From: Schmidtea polychroa
Taxonomy: Eukaryota
Assembly: GCA_044892525.1 (NCBI GenBank)
Contig: CM097888.1
Location: forward strand, 34,534,001 to 34,598,000
Direction of reading: 5' to 3'
Length of the DNA stretch: 64,000 nucleotides
In this document: in pieces, positions 37,671-51,600 of the stretch
How the letters are laid out: each line of letters opens with the position of its first letter
How positions within the stretch are numbered: the stretch's first letter is position 1
Notes under the pieces: generated by a model
Database searches by the model: none
What the model was told of the DNA's origin: nothing
Seen by the model: only the letters and a program-made list of their open reading frames with translations
Translations under genes and position numbers: made by a program

Positions 37671-38719
37671 TCAGATAAGAAAAGAAGATCGAAACCCATT
37701 TATGGAGATCATCAAGGCTCTTAAAAAGACATATCCTATCAACTGAATAATTTTAAATGTTGCTTGGTGTTTTTGAAAATAAGATATGGAAAAGATATAG
37801 CAAAAAATCGATGACATCGAACAATGGAACGTGACAAGGTCGTTTTTATTAAGTGCAAATGAAAATGAGAAAAACAAAAACAATTTGGAAATGGAAATCC
37901 CATATCTTAAGAGATTATACGAAATAGAACAGTCGGAAAAATAAAAAGGCAAAGCGAAATAAAATGATATATTTTGACAGATGTTAAAGATAATGCTGTA
38001 AAACAAGATAATTATTTGCAAATGTTATTGGAGAAGCAGAATTAGAGGAGATTATAGGAGACGGAATATTGAGAATTTGAAGAGAGAAGACGTGAAATTG
38101 AAAATGTATTTAATAAAGAATAAAACGAAACAGCCAAGAAAGCAACCGGATCAATTGTACAAGGTGTCAGCAACTAGCAGCAATTAAGTGGTCGTATAAT
38201 TAAAGTGTTCCCAAAATGCTATTCCTCCCTAAAGGTTGTAATAATCACGTTTGAGTTACATTGAGTAACTGATGTCATTGTAATCGTTATAACCATTTGT
38301 GGTATTCAATAAGTTATATTGTTCGGAATTCGTTATTGTTGAATAAAACACGCCCGGAGTCAGATAGTAACTATTGATTGGATAAACCACCTACATGTCA
38401 CCAATGAAAACATTTCATATTAAATTTATTTATAGAATACTTCTTAAATAAGTCAATCCAATTTTTTCAATTGGCTATTGTGGAATTTCAAGAATTATAA
38501 CACATTAATATACTTGGAGGATAATATAGAGAATAAAGTCTCTCTTCCTGAAAAGTATAGAATAAAAATATCAATGATGTTGTCTACATTGTAAGCTACG
38601 TCATTCGATTCACTTCAATGCTTTTTTACTTTTACAATCATTTTTCTTCAGACCAATGAATATGTATTATGTTTATGTGGAGCTATAGTTATTTGTGTTA
38701 CTAATCGATGCCAAAACTC

Positions 38720-39110
38720 TGGTTAACTCAGGGGAATTAACATAAAAAACCATTCTTTAAAAGAAGTGGAAATAGATTAGTTTGTTTTAGGATAACACAA
38801 ATATCATCATAATGAGAGTTCCTACGAAATGGATGTTTATACAACGTGGTAATCAAAGGTCTTTTATGGAAATTGTACCTGACAGAACACCAGCAACAGT
38901 TCTACCATTAATAAAGATTACCGTCATAAACCCGCCCTCTCGGTCTCATACGCGACAGTCAGCGACCTGGGTCGACACAAACGACGTAAATGAGAAATAA
39001 CACAATTTTAATGATACAAACTTCTTTTATATATTTTATTTTGTAGTAAATTGCAATATATAATAGAGGTCAATCGCTGTGATCCAGATCCTTACGTCAT
39101 CCATCAAAAA
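38720..39110 (+). mobile_element. Merlin (IS1595/ISXO2-like) transposase relic
   Basis: EVEID*..KYH.. followed by KWMF(GG)IQRGNQRSFMEIVPDRTPATVLPLIK. Confidence 0.7.
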
Positions 39111-40172
39111 TCTGCCATTTATCGATTTTATTCAAAGTTCTATCAAAAATAACGTTTGTCACATGGAATCAAAAATTCAACTGATTTAGTATCATAATAA
39201 TCAGGATGATAGGAAAAGGGTAACATAAGGATCAAAATCATTTAAATAACTGGTAACATTTTTATTGATTATATACATTGTATTGAGATATTATTAATGC
39301 TCATTGGAAAACGGCAAACAACATTTCTAAACGTTTGTATTTTGGTCCCATTAATTTTATAGGAAACCCATTTAATTTATAAAATTTCATTAAGTTTATT
39401 TCAAAATTTAATAAATTTCGTATCTAATATAATAACAACTTACCCGATAATTGATGTAAAAGTAATACCTAATGCACAACGAGCTCTAATGTGACCAATC
39501 TTCATTGTTGCAGTGAGTAATCTAAAATTTGAAACAAATCTAGAAAACCAACAAAAAGAAAAATACTCGAATAATGAAATACAGAGTGAATATATTTCAT
39601 AATAAATTTGGTGTAAATTTAACATGCATAACAAAAGGCAATCCCAATAATTATTCGTAGGTACTTGAGAGGAGTCTAAATGTTTTGAAAATCTATAAAT
39701 GTCATATAAAAATACAAATCGAAAGATATTACTTTTCAGAAAAAAATGTTTGAACAAAGTCTATTTGATCACCTCTGATATTGCGAATTTGCCGAATTAA
39801 CTATACAAGCTATTAATAAATTTTAATTAAATGGAATCATATACATTGCATAGTTTTTTAAACCAGACGTAATGACGATCTCTTGTTCGATATTTTTTAA
39901 TAAATAATTCAAATATGTTTAGATCCAAATATAAATTGATATTTACTCCTTTTAAAAATTCTACACTTCCTGAAAAATAAAAATATAAAATATGTTATAA
40001 ATAATTTCCAACTTATATCTCGAATATGACCATATAAAAGAGAAGGATAAGAATCAAATTTTTTCATGTTAAATTTGTAAATTATGAGTATTATTAAAAC
40101 AAATTTAAAATTGGGGAATCTTTCTAATCACATTTTTAAATATATTTCTGAAGTACTGAATAGTTTCATATA

Positions 40173-41810
40173 CAGTAAAACCTCAATAATTCGAAATTTT
40201 TGCAAAAACTCTGGGGCAGTAATAATAATTTATTTATAATAACCTGATAAATCGAATTTCAATAATTCGAATATTCCCATTTTTATAGTTCAACTGTTTC
40301 ACCCTAATGAAAAACAAGTCACTTGACATCAAGACAAAAATAAAAATCATTCAAGAGGTGGAGAAGGGTTTCACGAATAAGAAGACTATTGCCGAAAAAT
40401 ACGGAATCCATGAGGGCACACTTTCAACCGTACTTAAGAATAAAGTGTCAATAAAAGAAAAGGATTCGAATATTAGCATCAATATCAATAGAAAGAGACA
40501 CAAGGGAACAAAATATGAAGCACTCAAAGAAAAGCTTGTAAAATGGATACAGTTAACATGGAATGTAAAGATTCCAATGTCAGACAATGTTTTGAAGCAG
40601 AAAGCCCTAAATTTGGGAATATTTATGGAAATAATGGATTTTAATGCCACCAACGGATGGTTTAGGAATTTTTCAAACCCGAAACCAAATTGCATATAAA
40701 GCGATTAATGGAGAATCGAAAGAATCGATGATAGCTTATGTGATAATTGGATGAAGGAAGTATTCTATAAAATCAAGGAAGAATTTGACGAAAAAAACAT
40801 AATCAATGCAGATGAAACGGGCCTATTCTACAAGACTGTTCCCAGTTAGACGTTTGCATTTAAGAAGAAAGTATGCTTGGGCGGTAAAAAAATTAAGGAA
40901 AGGGTAACTGTTTTACTAAGCGCAAATTTGATGGGATTGAAAAATAAGTGCCATTGGTTATAGGGAAATTTCCTAATCTCCGATGTTTTAAAGGTATAAG
41001 AACATTACAAGTGAACTATAGGAACAATTTGAAATCATGGATGATATCAAAACATTTTGAAAAGTGGCTGCTTGTAAACGATAGGAAATTTAGAAGAGGA
41101 AAGGGTAGTTTGTTTACTTATTCCCATTTTTCCTTTTTTTTCTCATGTTTCTTCTCATCCCAAACTGTTAATGACAGAACTCACTAATATAAAAATTGAA
41201 TTTCTCCCCCTCCCAAATACAGCATCCAAAACTCAACCACTGGATCAGGGAATCATTGAAAATTTTAAATAATTCCATTGTCAGAGAACAGTCAGAACCT
41301 AGATGTTGACATAAAGAATGACATTAATCTTTTAGAATGTATGATTGAGATTAAAAATGCGTGGGATAATGTCACACCAACAAACTATTAGGAATTGCTT
41401 CATATAAAGGACTATAGGACAAAACAGGATGAACTATTCACGAATAATACAAATAATATTGAACCATTTATAAAAATGTATGGCTAGAATTTCAACTTCG
41501 GGTGGATTCAAACATGCCATTTGATGGGTATATTGGTGTGGATGATGATATTCATGAAAATCAAGATGATCTAATCATTGAAGAAAGTGCTGATCAGAAT
41601 TTGGAAAATGATGATAATTTTGCTTTTGAAGATAATGTTACTATTACGGAGGCAAAAGAGATTTCATGTAAATTACATTTATTTTTATTAAGGAGAGATG
41701 ATGTTCGGGAAGAATTGATGAAGGCAATGAATTTAGTTGAAGAATTTTGTCTAAAGATAAAAACTACTAAAATTCAAAAAATGATTTCTGAATATTTTGT
41801 CGTTGATTAA
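40173..41810 (+). mobile_element. Tigger/pogo (TIGD4/6-like) transposon, pseudogenised, right TIR missing
   Basis: TA|CAGTAAAACCTCAATAATTCGA left TIR; HTH-psq and CENP-B HTH (40307-40699); INADETGLFYK; ERVTVLL; PLVIGK; SWM; PNT.SKTQPLDQGII; stops and frameshifts. Confidence 0.88.
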
Positions 41811-42210
41811 ATGATTCCCAGGACCTGTCGAGACCCGTCACTATAGTCAGAAAAATCCTTGGCTTTCTAGTGTAGACTGATATTTGTATTGAAAATCCCA
41901 GGACCAGTCGAGAACAAAAATTATGTAACGTTGCTTAGTTACCGCAAAAAACAGTGAACAGCAATATCTTTTCCAGGGGAGGGTGGGGGTACACCGGATG
42001 GTCGTGCTGTTGCTGGCTAATAACTACTTATTTGCATTTTTCTATAATTTTCTTTCTTCATCATACTTTCTGGTATGTTTATGCGAAGATAAAAGAAATT
42101 TTATTTATAAAAAGAAATATCTATTGAAATTAAAAGTTATAAATGTAAATGATATAATAATTTATTTCCAAAATAAAAAAAATTCATGAATAAACGAATG
42201 AATACCGAAT

Positions 42211-42641
42211 TCAATTTAAATAAAATCCGATTTGGTTACATGCTTCCAATAGTTTGGATTTCATCTCCAACTTAGTCTCGTACTCGGGCAGTTTCAAGTA
42301 ATGCATGCAAGTGTTGACGCTCGGATAGGGACCGTCTTTTACATTCTTCTTAACGATTGTCAAACGGGGTTTCAGATTTTTTAAACCGCCCGGTGGTAAA
42401 CTCGAACAACCTGAAATGAATTGCACAAACATTTTTCTTTCAATTTGATTCATTTCCAATAGAACTTCTAGAAAATATTGATAGCATTTTGATGTCGCTA
42501 TGTAGCCTTGAGTAGGTTCAGTGTAATTTTGAAGTTCATTCAATGACCATTGGATGTGTTGTTCACCGCATAACAGTTGTTTTAATTCACTGGACGAAAA
42601 CATTGAAAGACTTTTTATTGGAAAGACTTCATTAAAGCCAT
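42211..42641 (-). CDS. HECTD1: HECT C-lobe terminal exon with catalytic Cys (PSVNTC)
   Basis: GFNEVFP..SVNTCMHYLKLPEY..GFYLN stop. Confidence 0.97.
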
Positions 42642-45600
42642 CTATAAGATATTAATTAGATATCTTAAAGTCATTATACACCTATAATTTGTGCAAATTG
42701 TTTTTTTATCCCCTTATTCATTGCAAAATTTAAAGTTCTTTGAAGGTAATTTTCAGCATTATTTTCGGTAACTGGTTCGTGAATAGAATCATTTTCATAT
42801 CCCATATTGCAAATATCATCATGAGAATCACTATCTTCTTCCCACCAATAATGATCATATAATGGAAATGGATAAGTTCCATATATCTAATAATTAATAA
42901 TTCTAATAATAAATGTAACAATACTAATAATATTAAACAAGTAAATAATAATAAGTCTTTTGCTGCAAAGTATATATTGAATAAAATGAATTAATTTTNN
43001 NNNNNNNNNNNNNNNNNNNNNNNNNNNNNNNNNNNNNNNNNNNNNNNNNNNNNNNNNNNNNNNNNNNNNNNNNNNNNNNNNNNNNNNNNNNNNNNNNNNN
43101 NNNNNNNNNNNNNNNNNNNNNNNNNNNNNNNNNNNNNNNNNNNNNNNNNNCTTTTGAGGTGGGAAGAAATTCCATGTCTAAGCATAATCCATCAAAAGTC
43201 GTTCCAAAAATTTCAATTGCGAGAGTTTTTAATTGATCATGAACGTTCCATAAAGTTCGATTTCCAGCTTCATTAATAGTTTTTAAAAGTTTTTGCTTTT
43301 CTTCACAAAAGAATTCTATGGACATGAGAAATAATCCTCTTTCGGGATAAATTAGCATAAATCTTTTTAAATATTCCTTTTTATTATAATCAGAAAAATC
43401 TTTGCAAAGAATTTCTAGAAATAGCTCAGAAAATGGAAGATCCATGATTCGATTGTCCTATTTGTAGAAAACATTATTTCATATGTTCTCAAATTAAACA
43501 TAAATCATAAAAAAATCAAATATTAATTGCCATGATACATGTTTAAATTTTTAAGTTGAATTGCAATAACATAAAATACATCTTTTTATGACAATACTTA
43601 AGTAAAATCTTTCATTTTTAACCATTTTACAATTCTTGTCTTTTGGAGTAATTGTCTATTATTTTACGGATACTGATTCCTCAACGGAAGATAGCATTTA
43701 ATAAGAAATTGCAAGGTCCTATTATCGACTTATTGATAACTAAACAAACTGAAATATGAAATCAGAATTCCACAAATGATTCCTAAGAAATTTTAAGTGA
43801 TTCCAGTCAATTGTAGATATAAAAAAAACATTTATGAAATGTTACTTTTGAAGACAGTAATGACAATAAATATAATGATTTAATTTTATTTCCCTAAAAC
43901 ATTTAAGCATTATATTCAATCAAGTATAAGCTCAATTTTATATTTTTATAATTGATCAAATTTTTACGAGTATAAGTCTAAGTTTATGAACAAAAGTTTT
44001 TGAAAATAGTTTTTATTGAAAAAGATTATTATTGAACATGTAACTCATTTTTAATTAGTATAAGTTTACTTTAATTATCAAAGCAGAAACTCATCGTAAA
44101 TAGCACTGCTAACATCTTCATAGTATTAATAATTAATAATTAGGTAAAATTCAATGAGAAAAATATGTTAGTTTCCTGGTTAAAGCAGTGCAGTTTTTAG
44201 TTTCAAGTAACTTCTTAACTTCCTCACAAGCTTTATGCTTAAATAGTGCAAATAATTATTATATCAGGAATGTAAATTATCTAACAAAAAATTATCATAG
44301 GGGTCGCTTAATAATTATTAGAAAACGGTAATTTCGAAATTGTGTTGCCAAGTTTACAATTGTAGGCATGTAAAATTATAATAATACATGATTTTACAAT
44401 TTGAGGACAGAATTAAGAATATATTAAAATTATTTTCAGCAAATGAAAAAAACAGCACAAACACTAAATTCTATATTTAGGCAACACATCTTGCAATATA
44501 GATTATTGCTAGAAACCAGTAAGCACTTCAAAAATCATTTTTAGATATGTAGTTAATAAGAGTAACCAGTTCTCCTGAATAGGTTAAAAAGATCTTACCA
44601 TTTGGAATTGAAACCCGACAGATTAGTATCCATTTTTTTAGTATATTAGATGTCTTTAACGAACAAATTGTGAATAGCAAATATATTTTAAACTTTATCA
44701 AAATGATGATAAAAATAAATAAAAGCTACTTGTAAACATTTAGCCATAAATATTCCAAGTAATCTAAATTTTTCAAGAAGTTCTTCTGTTAATTTGTCTA
44801 TAGGCCAAGGGTAAGGAAACAATCCACTTTTAGAAAAAACAAATTCATTCTCTTCTTCCAAAAATGAATCAGTATGCACCCACATTAAAAGGCTCGGTCT
44901 CATAAATTCTTTGCTTAGAATATTAATAAATTCTAATGTCGGTCCAAGACCTGTTCCTTCTTCTTGGTCGAATTGTATTTCTAGTTCTTCTTTGGATTTT
45001 GCGTGGAATACAAGCAAGTCTTTCACTGCAGACCAAAATATTGATCTTGATTCGGCTTCAGTTAAAATCGTGTTTCCGAAATAATATGGTCGAGGAATTT
45101 GAGCTATATGTTTTTTAAGTCTTCCTAGAAAATGAAATGGGGCCACAAGGTCTTCCCTAAATGACGGCCGAATATAATCACTATTTGGTTTAGCTCGTTG
45201 TTGAAGCCAGATTATAGATCTAATGAAAATGAAATTTTATTTTTTTGCAAACTGTTTTTAAAGTTTTATTTAAATATTAATAAAAATCATTATTGCTGTT
45301 CAGAAATTAAATTTTATATAAATTATACGCTACTTAAATGAGGTGGAAACTAAATTATAGTTTGAAAAAATACTACTCTATAATTGAACTAGATGAAATA
45401 CCCAGCGTTGCACGGAAATTCAAAAAAATAAAATCACCAATTATATACATAGTGATTGTAGAGATAAATTGATTAAGTTACTTCATAATAATGGATATTC
45501 TAAGTCTTTTTTACAACGAATGGTGTGTGAAACTGTTGATAAGTTGAATGAGATTGATGACATAATTTTACCTGATATTGATCCGTTTAATTCCACTGAA

Positions 45601-48600
45601 AATGTCCTTTTGATTTATACCGAAATAAATGTAATAGATATGATTGATGTTGCTTGATTGAATAGAATTGATAGCAATAATGCTAAATCTGATAAAATAA
45701 GTGAACATGATTTGTCTGCTAATGCTGGTTCTATTTTAGTTTTACTGTTATCTGAGGGTTTTAAAAATTTTTAGAAAGTTAAATTAAAAAATATTGAAAA
45801 TGTCAGTGTTAAAATTATTTCAAAAACTTGTAGAGTTCATGATATGTTCAACAATGAATCTGTGACACTTTTTGGTCTATGTTAAGGTCTTATACATCGT
45901 TTTACTTGTAACGGGTGTAGTACCACATAAATCATCTCTGTACACAAGTTCGAGAGCATATCCAATTGAGTGGAAATAGTAATATCATTGAGCATAATAA
46001 GATATGCAAGTTAAAAATAGACATTTCCAAATTATTGGGAACGTATTACTTTACCCTTACTATATTTCACATTCACTGATATAGTAATCTTTCTACCAGC
46101 GATGTTAATGAGTTCTTCTGGCTCCCACTTACTCAATATAAAGTCGTCAATTACAATACCATCATATTCATGGTGATTGGGACCGGGTTTATCAAAATCC
46201 TGTCTATATGCATGAATAAAAATGCCAATTAATAATAAAATATAAATAATTGCAATATGAAGAGGGTCTTTAAAATAGGAAAGGATAAATTTTATTGTAC
46301 CAATAACCATGTCCCTATATCTAGGCAAAATTAATGGAACTTTTCTTTTAATTCATTGAAAACGAAAAAGTGCAAGTTCAATAAAATCTTAACTGGTACT
46401 TGGTAAATATATAAAAAACCCTGTCCTGATCTCCAAAGCAATTTTTTAAGAGAATTTCATCCGTGTTCTGTCTTATTGAGACTCGAGTGAATAGAAAATA
46501 GTTTTTATTATCGGTAAATAGTAAGTTCTCTATTTAATTCTTTGTCAGGTTATAAATTAATATTTTTCAAACAAACCTCGAAACTCCAAACCAAAAGGCT
46601 CTCAATATATCAATTTTAACATCATAGAAGAAAACGAATGGATATTTTTGAGGCCATTCAACAATCCATGAAGGTAGTGTATCTCGAGAAATCAAACTCC
46701 AAACATCTTCAAGTTGAGATAAAACCTTCTTACACATATGTTGCGAAATGAAATATAAATCTAGCCAATACACATCTAAAGTTTTCAATTTCATTACTTC
46801 ATTTTTCGTTTTTTCTATGAATCTTAATTGCAAACATTTTAAATGATGTAAAATTGAAAATATTTTATCAATCTCGTTAGCTGGCTTTTTGTTTTTATCA
46901 TTAGACCCGTTGGATGTTTTGATCTAAATTTTAATTACCAAAGTTTCATAACAAGCTTTAACATACTTTTTGATAAAAACAATTTTGACACGATGTTCCG
47001 GATCCCTTTTTGTCACAAAATCCGTAAAATAATGTAAATTGACTATGCCAAATTTCTGATACATTGTCAATAGGATAGATGTTTAAAATAGGATCCGGAG
47101 ATGGTAACATTTTCTGTTTATTAAAATTTTATTAGACTAAATCAATTATGAGAAAAAATCATTTAATCTTTTCACTTTTGATCTGATTACATTCATAATT
47201 TCCTTTATAATTTTCACTATTCGACTATATTCGACTGCGCCCATCAAAAGTTTAAGGAAGTAATACAGAAAATTTGGTTATAATATAAAACATTTATTTA
47301 TAGTCGAAAAAAATGAAGATAGAGGAAATCGTAATTCATTTATGTGACAATTTTTTATGTGACAAAGCAATTTTTAATAATTTAGTTAATAATTTCAAGT
47401 TATTTAAAATGTGTTAGATGATTAGAAATAATGATAAAGGACAAAAATTATTGAAGATGTGAAGAATTTTGCTCTGAAATAAAATAAATTTATGCATTAT
47501 AATGGGTTTAAAATTTATATAAAAGTTTTGATGAAAACAAATTGATTTTATTAGTAACACTAATAACGTTTTTAAAATTAAGTATTCATTAAAATAATAA
47601 AAATTGATATATCATTTCACAATTTAATCTACTATAAGCAAAGAAATTGCATGACATTTTTCGTGGTTTGATAATAAAATCATTGGTGGCGTGAATAAAA
47701 CCTGGTGTATTTGCCCCATGGTTTTGACTGAATGCCACTAATAAGTATTTGTATATGCAATGGGAAGTGTACACATTTGTCTGCTTATAAGAGATTGAAT
47801 TTGGAAATGGTATATGACAGATGAGCAAAAAATTCATCTTTGTCACTTAGTTTTTGACGTGTGGCAGGTAGTTTAAGAATGTCACACAGAAACATTATCA
47901 TTTCTACTGTGCGATCTCAGGCACATTTTTAATTGTTTATCAAAACAGTCCAATTGGTTAAAATATTACTCTGAATTGATAGTATATTTTTGTCGTGTGA
48001 GCTCATAATGAGTTCATAAGAACTTTCCATGTTCCATTAAATCCAAAATATTTTTCCTAGTGTTTAATGTACATTTATTGATATGTTAATATTTACCGAT
48101 TGTATATATGATGAAAAATAAGCTCGTGCTTAATAAAGAAAGACTAAAATATTTTAAGAGAGTAAATTATAATGTACATGTGTAAGTTTTATTTTAGTTT
48201 TCATTATATCATTGATTTTTTGCACTCTGTAATTAAAGTATTGGAAAGTGTGTAATATCGTAATGTCCTTTGAATGATCGTTTTGAAAGAAAAAATAGAG
48301 ATTCAATTTGAATAACAATGTTTATGATGAAAAATGTTTATCTGTGCCTACTATAAATGAATTTAAAAGCGACAGAACATCCAGAGCCGGATTTACTCTT
48401 GAGGGGGCCCAAGGCTAAAAATCTTACGAGGCCCTTTTCTAATATTTTTAACAAAAATATTAATTTGTTTCCGGCTGTTATATAGTTAAAATAATAGATT
48501 AATTTCGAAAATAATATTACATTTATTCATATATAAAAGATATAAACATGAAGTACAATTCATAAATAAAAAACATTAATTTAGAAACATTCTTCTAGAT

Positions 48601-51600
48601 TTTTTCTCTGCAAAATCTTCAACAGCAACTTTAGGAAAATGTTATATTAAATATAATATGTAATATAAATAAATACTTCTTTACTACTTTATATTACACA
48701 AATATATTATAATCTGCAAATAATTAAAAGATGTAATAAGTTTTTATAATAATAATACAAATTTGGGGCCCCGCCAGCCTTGTCAACTTAAGGGTAAATC
48801 CGGGCCTGCAAACATCTGTGACGGATCAGAAAAACGCTGAAATATCTCAAAATATCAGTGAAAATATTATGAAAATGGTGCAATAAATCATTCAAAATGA
48901 AAGGATTACAACCAGGAAGCTCATGATATTGTTATATCATCAAAAGAACTCTAGAGATATTATTTTATGCAAGTCGCTCAGGAAATTTTGTTTTATTTTT
49001 TATCATTTATTTTTGTTGTCGAAATACAACCGATCCTATTAAATTGTTGTAGTGATTTCTGAAATTTCGAAGCATATTGTAAACCGTTCACTGAAGATTA
49101 TTATAATGATAGTGTTATAGTGTCATAATTTTGCATTAGGTTGATTATCTATTTTTTTGGATTCGTAAAATAAATCTAAATTAATCATAATATTTATTTG
49201 TATAATTATAATTAAAATATATGATTGCTGTTTCTACAAAATGAAAATTTAAATAGTAATGGAAACATTTTTTAGTATTTTTAACTAGTATTTTTAAAAC
49301 TAACTTCCACCAAAATTTTGATTTTAGTATTTTCTTTAATTTTCGAAATTTTGCATTCAAGTGTGTATAGTGTGTAAAGTGTAAAGTGTGATTCTTATTA
49401 AGTCATTATTACCGGAACTGCAAACCTTTAATTTTAAATAAATTAGGTATCAATTTTTTAATTTTTCAATTAATTTGCTTTTTTGTAAAATGAAAAATAA
49501 TTTCAGTTTAGGGCTCGAAAAAATATAATTTAAATAAAATAATATTTAAAAGTATTTACTAAAACATAATTTGCAATTGGAAAAGTGGAATCAGATTTCA
49601 AAATAAATTCATAAACAGTTTTCTTATTCGTTTCATGATTTTCCGATTGGATGTCAGCATTTATCCAATCGAAATTGGAGGCTTTAAATTCATTGAATTT
49701 TTGGTAATAAAGTGATCCATTCGCCGGAAGAAGTTTCTGAATTTGAAATTTTAAGCGGAATTGATCTGAGTCGTATCCAAATTTTTTAATTTTAGTTGTT
49801 TCATCCGGTTTTGAAAATTCTATTATATTCAATTATATTTCAGAAAATAACCTTTGAGAAAATTTATAATCATAAATTAGAGNNNNNNNNNNNNNNNNNN
49901 NNNNNNNNNNNNNNNNNNNNNNNNNNNNNNNNNNNNNNNNNNNNNNNNNNNNNNNNNNNNNNNNNNNNNNNNNNNNNNNNNNNNNNNNNNNNNNNNNNNN
50001 NNNNNNNNNNNNNNNNNNNNNNNNNNNNNNNNNNNNNNNNNNNNNNNNNNNNNNNNNNNNNNNNNNNNNNNNNNNNNNNNNNNNNNNNNNNNNNNNNNNN
50101 NNNNNNNNNNNNNNNNNNNNNNNNNNNNNNNNNNNNNNNNNACAAATTTAAATCATCTCAGCAATAGTTATTAAATATATGATGGTTCAAATAGCATCTT
50201 TTTGTTTATATTGTTTAAAATAACTATAGGAAAATGTACTTATTGTTTTAAATAAATCTAAAATGAATTAATGACACAATCATTCAAAAAGCTACTTTTA
50301 ATCGGTCTGTAATTCAGATTTTCAACATTTGAACGAATTTGATTGAGGGCTGATGTTGATCTATGATCTATTGCTTGAACAAGACCAGGAAATGGCTGCT
50401 CGATTGTAATTGGTTTAAATTTCATATTTGTTTCATTTCTGCTATTAATAGTTTGTTTAAATTTGTTATTCTTCCCAAATGGACTGTAAGGCTTTCTTTT
50501 GGCACTTGACTTATTTTGTGTGATGTCACTATTTTCCAAATAATTTTTTTTCCGTTTCAAGAAATTTTCAGGGCATTGCAAAACCTGAATTTTAAATTAA
50601 CTTAACATTTCATGCAATTTCAATATAAAATATTTGAGTAATATTTCCAGTTATAAAATAAAAAACTTCCTATATAAAGGTTTTAAGATAAGACCTATTA
50701 AGATTTAAATTGATTTGGCAACTATTAAATTAAATTTCTTTTGCAAAAATAGTTGTTTCATTAAATCAATCAAAAATTGTGCAATACACAAAATCAATTA
50801 AATATGATTGTTAAAATTAAACAACTATTTCTAATTTTATAATAGAAAACATTTGAACAGAATACATCATCTAATACAGGGATGGGGAACCCGCGGCCTT
50901 TTGAAATATTATTAGCGGCCTTATAATAAGTAAACCCCTATATAAAATTATTATGGTTAAATGATAGAAGTGAGATCAGTTAGTAGAAATAATTATCTCT
51001 GTTAAATTTTTATATTTAAATTCTATATTAAATTATATCATATTATATTAAATTATATTAAATTAAATCAATTAAATGTATGACCAGTAATTACATTAAT
51101 ATTAAGAATTATCACGCCTCGGTGTTTAAATACGCTAGTAAAAGACACAATTTGAAGTTGTTATAAAAAATAAATGCTTGAAGAAGATTTGAATTTAATT
51201 GCGTCTAACATCACATATTTTGTATTTTATACAAATTTCAAATAAAAAAGTTTCGTTTGAATATTTTTTTGGAAATATTTTTTCGTTTTTTTTGAAAATA
51301 TTTTGTCTAGTTGTGTATATAGTAGGCTTTTTTTCGGGTAAAGAAATTGCGAAGCAACAGTAACTCAATAAGCTTGAGCAACAGAGAACAAATTATTTAG
51401 TTTAATTTAGTTCAAAATTGTGTTTTAACCGTATATTCAACCATCAAGTAAGTATATTTATTTATTGTGCGATATTTATATCTAATTAAAACTCTTTTTA
51501 TTAACCACATATATATGTGTAGATAAAAATTTTATTTAAGTTATCAACATTTGATGAGAGTCTTAAATTTTCCGGTTATTTTAATTACAGATATTTTAAT

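Noticed and set aside
39440-39757. 105-aa minus ORF ending at a GTAAGT donor
   Set aside because: AT-rich, no motif, no partner exons.
47589-47846. 85-aa minus ORF as a HECTD1 exon
   Set aside because: Exons 49560 and 47113 join directly in phase with orthologue-like continuity; the segment is a mariner relic.
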